Assembly: GCA_963668645.2 (NCBI GenBank)
Contig: CAXXWC010000003.1
Span: 256,001 to 320,000 of the forward strand
DNA from: Desulfobacterales bacterium
GTDB taxonomy: Bacteria > Desulfobacterota > Desulfobacteria > Desulfobacterales > UBA2174
Direction: 5' to 3'
DNA: 64,000 nt
A program made the translations under genes and the position numbers. Below, piece by piece: positions 46,904 to 55,803 of the stretch; position 1 is the stretch's first letter, and every line of letters starts with the position of its first letter. The notes beneath the pieces are model-generated. The model was not told the origin of the DNA and did not search any database. It saw nothing but the letters and a program-made list of their open reading frames with translations.

Positions 46904-47608
46904 CTAGGGGGCCGGGGTAAGCGGTAAGGGGCGGCGCCAGGGCGGCACGAGTTGTCGCTCGATGGGCAGCAGCGGGCAGATCCAATCTTCGCTGGGCAAT
47001 CCGGCCGCCAAGTGGGCCGGCGCCGTTACGCAGCGCAGCGGCAGACCGCTGCGCTCGGCCAGGGTCTGCACGAAACGGTAACCTTCGATAATCTGTTCGG
47101 GCTCGGTCTCGTCCATGAGGTTGGCGTTGCCGATCCAGCCGGTGACCGGAAGCCTGGCAGCGGCCTCAATCTGAGCCCGGATGCGCTCACAGCCTTGATG
47201 GGTTTCGGTAAAGGGCCGAAAGGGGTTGACCACCTGGAGCATCTCGACGCTGGCCTCGGCCAGTACGTGGTGCAACGCCGACAGGACCTTGGCCCCCACG
47301 TCGTTGCCCCCTGCATCGAGAATCGTCACTTGGCTGGGACGGCGGATCAATCCGGCCACCGCAGGATCGAGAATCGGCAGATCGGCATTCAGGTAACGCT
47401 CAGGCGGCAACACGACCCGGACGCCCAGGGCCTCCAGAGGAAAACGTGCCTCACGGGTCCGGAAATAAGGATTGACCAGATCCAGGTCCGCCACACTGAC
47501 TGCGAAACCGGCCCGCCGGTGGTGCACCGCCAGATTGATGGCCACCTCGGTTTTGCCGCTGCCGTAGTTGCCGACGATCACCACAATGCCTTTGAGTAAC
47601 AACGCCAA
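46904..47608 (-). CDS. Conserved P-loop ATPase leading the vor operon (often labelled CbiA-like; function unknown)
   Basis: [41 protein letters not shown]; probable TTG start at 47608 after GAGGGGG. Confidence 0.75.
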   Translation of the reverse strand: MALLLKGIVVIVGNYGSGKTEVAINLAVHHRRAGFAVSVADLDLVNPYFRTREARFPLEALGVRVVLPPERYLNADLPILDPAVAGLIRRPSQVTILDAGGNDVGAKVLSALHHVLAEASVEMLQVVNPFRPFTETHQGCERIRAQIEAAARLPVTGWIGNANLMDETEPEQIIEGYRFVQTLAERSGLPLRCVTAPAHLAAGLPSEDWICPLLPIERQLVPPWRRPLPLTPAP

Positions 47609-47816
47609 CCCGCCCCCTCTCAATGGTCCGTGCCGCAACGGGTCGCGGGCCGGTGGAAACTTTTTCCCTATTGCGCCGAACGGCCATTGTCAAGGTTTTT
47701 GAAATTGGCCGTGGCTGCCGAATATGATAAGACTGCTTTGAAAAAAGGCAAAAACAGCTCAACTGCATTGATGCAACAAGGCCTGTCGCTGAGCGTCAAA
47801 ACGCATTGGAGGCCCC

Positions 47817-48992
47817 ATGCCCCGCGTCATCAGCGGGCTCGAAGCCCTGTTGGCCGCCCCGCCCAAATGGCTGCGCGGCCAGAGATTAGGATTGCTTTGC
47901 AACCCGGCCTCGGTGGACCACCGCCTGGTCCACGCGCGCCTGCGCATCTTTCGCCGCCTGCCGGGCCAACTGGCGGCCCTCTACAGCCCCCAGCACGGTT
48001 TTTTCGCCGAAAAACAGGACAACATGATCGCTTCGGCGGATATCCGCGACCCGCTCCTCGATCTGCCTGTTTACAGCCTCTACGGTGATACCCGGGTGCC
48101 GACGAGCGAGATGCTGGCCCCCATCGACCTGCTGCTGGTGGACCTTCAGGACGTGGGCTGCCGGGTTTATACCTTCATCTGGACTTTGACTCACTGCCTT
48201 GAAGCCGCCGCCCGCTTCGGCAAGCCGGTGGTGGTTCTCGACCGGCCCAATCCCATCGGCGGGCGCCGCATCGAGGGGAACCTACTGGCGCCTGAGTGCA
48301 CATCGTTTGTCGGCCGCCACCCGATCCCGATGCGCCACGGGCTGACCATCGGTGAAATGGCGCGTCTGCTCAACGCCGAGATGGGCATCAACGCCGATCT
48401 GAGGATCGTCCCGATGCGCGGCTGGAAGCGGTGCATGGGCTTTGCCGACACAGGCCTGCCCTGGGTGGCGCCCTCGCCCAACATGCCGACTCCGGCCACG
48501 GCCCTGGTCTACCCCGGCCAGGTCATCTGGGAAGGCACCAACGTCTCGGAAGGCCGCGGCACCGCTCAGCCCTTCGAGCTGTTCGGCGCCCCATTCATCG
48601 ATCCCCGGGCCGTCTTGGCCGTGCTGGATCCCAAACGGCTGCCCGGTGTCGTACTGCGGCCGGCAGCTTTCGAGCCGACCGCCAACAAGTGGCAGGGGCG
48701 GTTGTGCAGCGGTTTTCAGTTGCATGTGACCCACCCGCAACGCTTTCGCCCCTACGAGACGGGTATGGCGATGCTGCGGGCGGTGATGCGAACCTGCGGG
48801 GAGCAACTGGAATGGAAGGCGCCGCCCTATGAGTATGAATACCGGCGCCGGCCCATCGACCTGATCGTCGGCGATGGCCGGATTCTCCAGCGCCTGGCCC
48901 AAGGGGCGGACTTGGGGGAAATGGCGCCGGATTGGGCCGCGGATTGCCGCCGCTTCAGGCGCCGTGCGAAACGGTGGCTTCTGTATGCTTGA
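47817..48992 (+). CDS. namZ: DUF1343 / exo-beta-N-acetylmuramidase NamZ family protein
   Basis: SPQHGF, DLQDVGCRVYTF, LDRPNPIGG, RHGLTIGE, PSPNMP, EGTNVSEGRGT..PFE. Confidence 0.85.
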   Translation: MPRVISGLEALLAAPPKWLRGQRLGLLCNPASVDHRLVHARLRIFRRLPGQLAALYSPQHGFFAEKQDNMIASADIRDPLLDLPVYSLYGDTRVPTSEMLAPIDLLLVDLQDVGCRVYTFIWTLTHCLEAAARFGKPVVVLDRPNPIGGRRIEGNLLAPECTSFVGRHPIPMRHGLTIGEMARLLNAEMGINADLRIVPMRGWKRCMGFADTGLPWVAPSPNMPTPATALVYPGQVIWEGTNVSEGRGTAQPFELFGAPFIDPRAVLAVLDPKRLPGVVLRPAAFEPTANKWQGRLCSGFQLHVTHPQRFRPYETGMAMLRAVMRTCGEQLEWKAPPYEYEYRRRPIDLIVGDGRILQRLAQGADLGEMAPDWAADCRRFRRRAKRWLLYA

Positions 48993-49109
48993 ATCCGAAC
49001 CCTGGCTTTGGCCCCTCCCGGACAACCAGGACCGAAGACCCGGCCTCTGAAGGCGCCAATCGGACCTGCCCCATCCGATCCCCGCAGAGCCGGTACAGGC
49101 ATAGGACCC

Positions 49110-49808
49110 ATGTGCCCACCGGAGATTCCCTGGAAAAGGATGCACTTTCGCGGTGAACGGGTCTGGGTCGCCGTGAATCCCGACGGCAGCCCCCGGATCC
49201 ACGACGCCAAAGTGGCCGTCAAGTACCGGCTCGAAAGCAGCGCGCAATACTGGGTGCGCGCCGATGCCGTACATCCCATCACTGCAGGGCGGGGCCCGGA
49301 TGCGGCGGCCCAGATGCCCATCGATTTTGACGGCCCGGCCCTGGAAGGGTGCAGCCCGGGAACGGTCTGCGTCTTTGCCGAGGGCGTGGCCCTGGGCAAC
49401 CCCGGACCGGGCGGCATCGGGGTCGTTCTAAGCTACGACGGGCGCGAAAAAACCCTGGCCGCCCCCATCGGCATGATCACCGAGGCGGCTGCGGCCGTCG
49501 AAGCCATCGGCCGCGGCCTGGCTGAAATTCGCTCCCCGGCGCATCCGGTCCGCATTTACAGCGGCAGCGGCTATGCCTACGGAGTCCTGGCCCTGGGCTG
49601 GAAAGCGGTGCGCCACGCCGGCCGGGTGGCAGCGGTGCGCCGCCTGATGGCCCGCTTCAGCGACATCCGCATGGTCTGGCCCACCGCCCATCCCGGAATC
49701 GGACCGGCACACCGCGCTCGGGATTTGGCACGGCGCGCGGCTGAAGCCTCGGGGAAGTCTTCTGCGGGCGATGGCACCGATGGTGCTGCGGCCCCCGGCG
49801 GCCACTGA
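49110..49808 (+). CDS. RNase HI-fold protein with N-terminal extension; catalytic carboxylates substituted
   Basis: [27 protein letters not shown] aligns by eye to RNase HI [27 protein letters not shown]; later segments YSGSGYA and WPTAHPG...HRARDLAR also align. Start uncertain. Confidence 0.75.
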   Translation: [232 protein letters not shown]

Positions 49809-49817
49809 CCGAACACC

Positions 49818-49853
49818 AAAAAAAGAACCCGCACCATCCGGGTACGGGTTCTT
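49818..49853 (-). terminator. Intrinsic terminator between convergent genes
   Basis: Minus strand AAGAACCCGTACC-CGGAT-GGTGCGGGTTCTT followed by a T run. Confidence 0.75.
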
Positions 49854-49891
49854 CATCATTCGAAGCAAAAACAGCAGAATAAAACGCCGAA

Positions 49892-50173
49892 TCAGGCTTT
49901 CTCGGTCTTGAGGGATTCGAGTTCCTTTTTGAGGCTTTCGATTTCCTGCTTGTATTTGTCGACGTCCTGGGTCTCGGCCGCAGGCTCCACGGGCTCGTCC
50001 TTCTTCCAGGTGTCCTTGAGTTCGTCAAAGCCGAGGTACAGGGCCAGCCCACCGCCCAAAAGCAGCATGATCGGCAGAGCACCGGCAAGGATCTGCAAAA
50101 ACTCACTGAACCATACCGAAAGGCCGATCAAGCCCAGAACCGCTGCAACCGCGCCGCCAATTAACGTTTTCAT
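49892..50173 (-). CDS. Small two-TM membrane protein with charged coiled-coil tail
   Basis: 93 aa, two hydrophobic helices, then an E/K-rich tail; AAGGAGG RBS; own terminator. Confidence 0.8.
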   Translation of the reverse strand: MKTLIGGAVAAVLGLIGLSVWFSEFLQILAGALPIMLLLGGGLALYLGFDELKDTWKKDEPVEPAAETQDVDKYKQEIESLKKELESLKTEKA

Positions 50174-50613
50174 AAACCGTACCCCCTCCTTCTGGTTTGA
50201 AATTAAAGTATTGGCTGAGGTTTAAGGCGTCGCGCCATCCGTGCCGACCACGGCACGGCCGCCATTATATCCTGTTATTTCAATGGGAATCGTAGTGTAG
50301 GAGCCATCCCCAAACTAAATCCGACCTACCATAACCCGAATGGGAACACAAGCCTAATTTTCCATGGACTCCGTTTCCCGCACTCAGTTGTGACGCACCG
50401 ATAATATCCCGACAGGGCCGATGCGGCAAGATCCTCCCGTTTCGATAAATCATCTTTTCCCGCCAGGACGGATCTGCTATTTTTTAAAGTTCAATCGATC
50501 CGGGCTGAAAGTCGCCGCGAACCGGGGATTGAAATACGAAAGACAAACCGAACGCTTCGAAAACCCCCATACAGACCTGGCTCCGCGGCAGGTCTGCGAC
50601 AGGATAGCCGATA

Positions 50614-53238
50614 ATGGATACTGAGACGGAAACCGATAAACACCGCCCCGTCTGGCTCGATCGCTGGCTTCAGGGCACCGGACACCATTACAGCTTCATT
50701 TTTCCCCGGCACCCGGGCCGCTTGGTGTCGCTTCTGCTGCGGATTTTTTACTCGGGCCTGGTATTGGATGAGATCCAGCAGGCCAAGATTGCCGATCTGC
50801 CCCGGGACGGCATCATCGTATACATTTCCAAGCACAAAAGCCGATTCGAACATCTGTTCTACCATACCCGATACGCCCAGTGCGACCTTCCTGTCCCGGA
50901 GCTCAGCTTCGATCATCGCTTTATGCTGCTCCAGCCGCTTTCACGGCTGATGCGCATCGTTATCGCTGGCATCGAACACTTTCTGAGGCATTTTTCCCTG
51001 CCCAACCTTTTCGAAAACGGCTATGCCGCCCGCTTTCTTCAGCAGGGCGGTTCGGCCCATCTGGCCCTGGTGCGCCGCCGCGGCTTTTACCAGCGTTTTG
51101 TCAAGGCCGGCATGGATCCGCTGCGCTTTCTGGTCGAACTCCAGGCGGCCACCGCGACCCCCATTCTGATCGTACCGCAACTGATGTTCTACGGCCGCAA
51201 CCCTATTTCGACCATGCCGAGCATGATCGATGCGATCTTCGGCAGCGAGCAGAATCCCGGCCGACTCCGGCGCCTCGTGGCCCTGTTCCGGAATCCGGGG
51301 CGGGTCTTCGTCGAAATCTCAGAACCGCTGGACCTTAAGCGGTTTCTGGCCAACCCCGAACTGAACGGCCGAAGCGCCGAATACCAGGCCTTGGTGCTGC
51401 GCCGGCATCTGCTGCACCAGCTCGACCGCCATCGTCAAAGCATCATCGGGCCGGTGCTCAAGACGCGCCAGGAACTTAGGGAAAGTATCCTGACCAGCGA
51501 CACGATGCGTGCCTATCTGGCCAGATACGCCAAAAAGGAGGAGATGCCGCTGCATGCCGCACGGCGCAAGGCGGACAAATACCTGAAGGAAATCGCGGCC
51601 CGCTACAGCTTCCTGTCACTCAAATGCTATTCGGGGGTCGTCACCTTTCTTCTGAAAACCATGTTCGACGGAATCAGCGTCAACCGCGAGATGCTCGATC
51701 GCATCAAGGACGCTTCACGCGGCGGCCCCCTGATCCTTATCCCCTGCCACAAGAGCCACATCGATTACCTGCTGCTGAGCTACCTCCTCTTTCACAACAA
51801 CATGCCCTGCCCCTTGATCGCGGCGGGCAGGAACCTGTCTTTTTTCCCCATGGGACCGCTGTTCCGCAAAGGCGGGGCCTTCTTCATCCGGCGCACTTTC
51901 AAAGGCAAGCCGCTCTATAAGGAAGTCTTCAGGTCCTATGTCGCCAGGATCCTCCAGGAAGGCTTCAACGTCGAGTTTTTTATCGAAGGCGGCCGCAGCC
52001 GCACCGGTAAGATGATCCTGCCCAAAATGGGCCTGCTGTCGACCCTGATCAAGAGCTTTCGTGACGGGGCCTGTGAGGACCTGGTCTTCGTACCGATTTA
52101 TATCGGCTACGATCGGGTCCTGGAAGAAAGTGCCTATCTCAACGAGCTGGAAGGCGGCACCAAGGAACCCGAGAGTCTGCTTCAGGTGATCCGGGCCCGC
52201 CGCTTCCTTAAAAAACGCTACGGGCGCGTCTATGTGCGTTTTCAGAAGCCCGTTTCCTTCAACACACTGCTGGCCCAACACGACATCGATCTGGCGCAGC
52301 TCAACCCACCGAATCTAGCGGCCCTTTGCCGCAACGTGGCCTTCCGGGTGATCAACGCCATCAATGCGGTGACCATCATCACCCCCCACTGTCTGGTTGC
52401 GGCCGCGGCCCTCAACCTGCCGCGCCGGCGCTTCGGCCATGAGGACCTGCTCCAGACCATCGAAACCTATCTGACCTTTCTCGAAGCGCAACAGGCCCCT
52501 TTGGCTGACACGCTGGTGATGGACCCGTCCCGGGCCATCGAGCAGGCCCTGGAGGCCTACGTCCAGCGGCGCTTCATCGAGCGTATCACCCTGGGCAAGG
52601 AGAATCCGGCGGCCGATCTGCTCTATACCGTCAACGAAAACAAGCGTCCGAACCTCGAGTACTACAAGAATAACGGCGTTCATTTTTTCGTGCCGGCAGC
52701 CATCACGAGCCTGGCCATCCTGAAGCGCGAAGCGTTCCAGTTCGCATCCACCGATCTGCACCTCGACTACCGGGAGCTGCAAGAACTGTTAAAAAACGAA
52801 TTCGCCTACGATATCGACCGGCCGCCGGAATACTATGTCCGCAAGGCCCTCAAGGCCTTCATCGACGATGCCCTGCTCATGCCCCATCCCACCCTGCCTG
52901 ACACGTACAACCTGACGTCGGCCGGATACCGCAAGATCAAGCTCTTCGGCGCGTTTTTGCAGACCTACCTCGAATCCTACTGGATCGTGATCAACCATTT
53001 CCGGCGCGAACCGGAACCGGAAATGGATGCCAAAGAGCGGCTCAAAAAAATCGAATCGCTGGGCAATCGCATGTACAAAAACGAAGAGATCGACCGCAAA
53101 GAAGCCCTTTCGCGGATCAACTACCGCAATGCGGTGGATTTTTTCATCAGCCGCGGCCTGGGCCAGCACAAAGCCGCCGAGACGGCCGAGGCCTATGCCG
53201 CCAGGATCCGCCGCTACCTTGATCTGATCGCAGGCTGA
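50614..53238 (+). CDS. plsB: Glycerol-3-phosphate 1-O-acyltransferase (PlsB type)
   Basis: PCHKSHIDY (HxxxxD), GAFFIRR, FFIEGGRSRTG, K.PESL. Confidence 0.88.
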   Translation: MDTETETDKHRPVWLDRWLQGTGHHYSFIFPRHPGRLVSLLLRIFYSGLVLDEIQQAKIADLPRDGIIVYISKHKSRFEHLFYHTRYAQCDLPVPELSFDHRFMLLQPLSRLMRIVIAGIEHFLRHFSLPNLFENGYAARFLQQGGSAHLALVRRRGFYQRFVKAGMDPLRFLVELQAATATPILIVPQLMFYGRNPISTMPSMIDAIFGSEQNPGRLRRLVALFRNPGRVFVEISEPLDLKRFLANPELNGRSAEYQALVLRRHLLHQLDRHRQSIIGPVLKTRQELRESILTSDTMRAYLARYAKKEEMPLHAARRKADKYLKEIAARYSFLSLKCYSGVVTFLLKTMFDGISVNREMLDRIKDASRGGPLILIPCHKSHIDYLLLSYLLFHNNMPCPLIAAGRNLSFFPMGPLFRKGGAFFIRRTFKGKPLYKEVFRSYVARILQEGFNVEFFIEGGRSRTGKMILPKMGLLSTLIKSFRDGACEDLVFVPIYIGYDRVLEESAYLNELEGGTKEPESLLQVIRARRFLKKRYGRVYVRFQKPVSFNTLLAQHDIDLAQLNPPNLAALCRNVAFRVINAINAVTIITPHCLVAAAALNLPRRRFGHEDLLQTIETYLTFLEAQQAPLADTLVMDPSRAIEQALEAYVQRRFIERITLGKENPAADLLYTVNENKRPNLEYYKNNGVHFFVPAAITSLAILKREAFQFASTDLHLDYRELQELLKNEFAYDIDRPPEYYVRKALKAFIDDALLMPHPTLPDTYNLTSAGYRKIKLFGAFLQTYLESYWIVINHFRREPEPEMDAKERLKKIESLGNRMYKNEEIDRKEALSRINYRNAVDFFISRGLGQHKAAETAEAYAARIRRYLDLIAG

Positions 53239-53241
53239 AAA

Positions 53242-54921
53242 ATGAAGGCTCTGGTGCTGGCCGCCGGCCTGGGAACCCGGCTGCGCCCCCAAACCGACCG
53301 AGTACCCAAACCGCTCTTTCCCGTCGGTGGACGCCCCATGCTCCACCGCATTCTGAGTCAACTGGAGGCCGCCGGATGCGAGGCGGCGGCCGTCAACACC
53401 CATCACCTGGCCGACGCCGTGAAACAGAGCGTGGCGTGCTTTGCCGGCAAAATGCCGGTGATAGTGCGCCATGAACCCCATCTTCTGGGCACGGGGGGGG
53501 CCATCCGCAATCTGGCCGATTTCTGGGACCGGCGACCTTTCATGGTGATCAACGCCGATATCGTCTGCGATGCCGATCTGGCGGCGGTCTATCGCTTCCA
53601 TGCCGGCCACCACGATCCGGTCACCCTGGTGGTGGTGGACTATCCGGACATCAATTCGCTGCGAATGGACGCCGCAGGGTGCATCGTGGCCCTGCGGGAC
53701 CAGGAATCCGGCCCGCTTCCCGACTCCCTGCAGCGCAGAACCTTCACCGGAATCCAGGTCCTCGATCCTTTGGTGCTCCAGTTCCTGCCGCCCGGCCGGT
53801 TCGCCGACAGCATCGAGGCCTTCGAAAAGATGCAGGCCGCCGGCCACCGGCTGCAAACCTACGAGATACACCGTGCCGACTGGATCGATGCCGGCACCCC
53901 GCAGCGCTATTGCCGGGCCGCCGCCGCGGCCCTGATCCCCCAGGCCTTCCAGCGGGCCTGCGGCCGGACCATGGCACCGGAAAAGATCCAATGGCAGCCC
54001 CTGGCCGGCGACGGATCGGACCGGCGCTGGTTTCGCCTCCAATCCGGGGCCGGCACCCTGGTCCTGGCCGATCACGGCCTGGCCGCCGGCCAGGGTCCCA
54101 GCGAAACGGATGCCTTTATCGCCATCGGCCGTCACCTGCACCGCCGCGGGGTCCCGGTGCCGGTCATCCAGGCCGCCGAACCCTTTGCCGGCCAGGTCAT
54201 CATGGAAGATCTGGGCGACGTCCACCTCCAGACGGTCGCGGCCCGAACCCCCGATCCCTCGGCCCGCCGCGGCCTCTACAACCGGGTGATCGCCGCCCTG
54301 GTGCACATGAGCCGGGCCGGCACCGGCGGCTTCGATCCCGGCTGGTGCCATCAGGCCCCGCGCTACGACCGGCAGACCATCGTCGAAAAAGAAGGCGGCT
54401 ATTTTCTGGAAGCGTACGTACGAGGGGTGGTTGGTATTGCGGTGGCCACCGAAAAGATCCTGCCGGCCCTGGAGCACCTGGCCCGGTGCATCGAACCCCT
54501 GGAAGCCGGGTTCATGCACCGGGACTTTCAATCGCGCAACATCATGATCGCCCAGGACCGCATCGGCATCATCGATTTTCAGGCCGGCCGCCTGGGGCCG
54601 GTGGCCTACGATCTGGCCAGTCTGCTAATCGATCCTTACGTGGATCTGCCCGCGGACCTGCAGCAGGCCCTGGTCGACGATGCAATCCGGCACCTGGGCC
54701 TGTCGGCCCCAGTGGCCGAAGGCTTCAAGGCCGGCTACGGCTACTGCGCCCTGGCGCGCAACCTGCAAATCCTCGGGGCGTTCGGGTACCTGTCACAGGT
54801 CAAGGGCAAGACCGGATTTGCCGCCTATATCCGCCCGGCCCTGACCGGTCTCAAGCGCCGCCTGGACGCGATGGCCGACCCGGCCCTGGCGCCCTTGCGG
54901 CACCTGGTCCAACGCCTGTAG
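53242..54921 (+). CDS. Fused sugar-phosphate nucleotidyltransferase (MurU-like) and anomeric sugar kinase (AmgK-like)
   Basis: N-terminal LAAGLGTRLRP.T...PKPL, LGTGG, NAD; C-terminal LAGDGSDRRWFR, EDLGD, HRDFQSRNIM, IIDFQ, GPVAYDLASLL. Confidence 0.85.
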   Translation: MKALVLAAGLGTRLRPQTDRVPKPLFPVGGRPMLHRILSQLEAAGCEAAAVNTHHLADAVKQSVACFAGKMPVIVRHEPHLLGTGGAIRNLADFWDRRPFMVINADIVCDADLAAVYRFHAGHHDPVTLVVVDYPDINSLRMDAAGCIVALRDQESGPLPDSLQRRTFTGIQVLDPLVLQFLPPGRFADSIEAFEKMQAAGHRLQTYEIHRADWIDAGTPQRYCRAAAAALIPQAFQRACGRTMAPEKIQWQPLAGDGSDRRWFRLQSGAGTLVLADHGLAAGQGPSETDAFIAIGRHLHRRGVPVPVIQAAEPFAGQVIMEDLGDVHLQTVAARTPDPSARRGLYNRVIAALVHMSRAGTGGFDPGWCHQAPRYDRQTIVEKEGGYFLEAYVRGVVGIAVATEKILPALEHLARCIEPLEAGFMHRDFQSRNIMIAQDRIGIIDFQAGRLGPVAYDLASLLIDPYVDLPADLQQALVDDAIRHLGLSAPVAEGFKAGYGYCALARNLQILGAFGYLSQVKGKTGFAAYIRPALTGLKRRLDAMADPALAPLRHLVQRL

Positions 54922-54960
54922 GATGAATAACCGACGATTTAAAACCAAAGGAGGTTTTCC

Positions 54961-55788
54961 ATGCCACCGATCCCTGTCATGATCAACGGCCTGCCCGGCA
55001 ACGTGGCCCGCCTGATGCTGGTGCACGCGTTTAGCGATCCGCGATTCCACGTCATCCCTTACAGCCTTACCGGCCCGGAAATCAGTGCCGGGTGCTTCGA
55101 GAGCGCCGGCGGCGAGGTCACCCTGCTCAAACCCGAACAGCGGGACCAGACCATGCCGGAAATCATCGCGGCCCACGGCACGCCCATCGCCCTGGACTTT
55201 ACCCACCCTGCGGCCGTCAACGCCAACGCCGTCTTTTACACCGCCCACCAGATCCCTTTCGTGATGGGCACCACCGGCGGGGACCGGGCCGCGCTTCACG
55301 CCACGGTCGAAAACTCGGCCATCGCGGCGGTGATCGCCCCCAACATGGCCAAACAGATCGTCGGATTCCAGGCCATGCTCGAATATGCCGCCGACACCTT
55401 TCCCGGCCTTTTCGCCGGCTACCGGCTCCAAGTGCGCGAAAGCCACCAGCGGGGCAAGGCCGACACCAGCGGTACGGCCAAGGCCGCGGTGCAGGCCTTC
55501 AATCGCCTCGGGGTGGCCTTCGAGATGGCGCAGATCGAAAAGGAGCGCGACCCGCAGGTTCAAAAAGAGGTCTGGGGGGTTCCCGAGCCGTATCTGACCG
55601 GGCACGGCTGGCACACCTATACCCTCGACTCGCCCGACGGCACGGCGCGGTTCGAGTTTACCCACAACGTCAACGGCCGGGACATCTACATCCAGGGGAC
55701 CATGGACGCCGTGGCCTTTCTGGCGGCGCAAATCGCCGCCGGAGCACACGGCCGGGTCTTTTCGATGATCGATGTGCTGCGCGGCTGA
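54961..55788 (+). CDS. dapB: 4-hydroxy-tetrahydrodipicolinate reductase (plant-type DapB)
   Basis: VMINGLPGN, DFTHP.AVN.NA, PFVMGTTGGDR, APNMAKQIV, ESHQ..KADTSGTAKA. Confidence 0.9.
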   Translation: MPPIPVMINGLPGNVARLMLVHAFSDPRFHVIPYSLTGPEISAGCFESAGGEVTLLKPEQRDQTMPEIIAAHGTPIALDFTHPAAVNANAVFYTAHQIPFVMGTTGGDRAALHATVENSAIAAVIAPNMAKQIVGFQAMLEYAADTFPGLFAGYRLQVRESHQRGKADTSGTAKAAVQAFNRLGVAFEMAQIEKERDPQVQKEVWGVPEPYLTGHGWHTYTLDSPDGTARFEFTHNVNGRDIYIQGTMDAVAFLAAQIAAGAHGRVFSMIDVLRG

Positions 55789-55803
55789 TGCACTGCCCGA
55801 GCC

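Noticed and set aside
50174..50613. Possible ncRNA in the 440-nt divergent gap (hairpin CCGTGCCG-ACCA-CGGCACGG at 50239-50258)
   Set aside because: Only one short hairpin and a lone minus-strand TATAAT; no recognisable RNA family.
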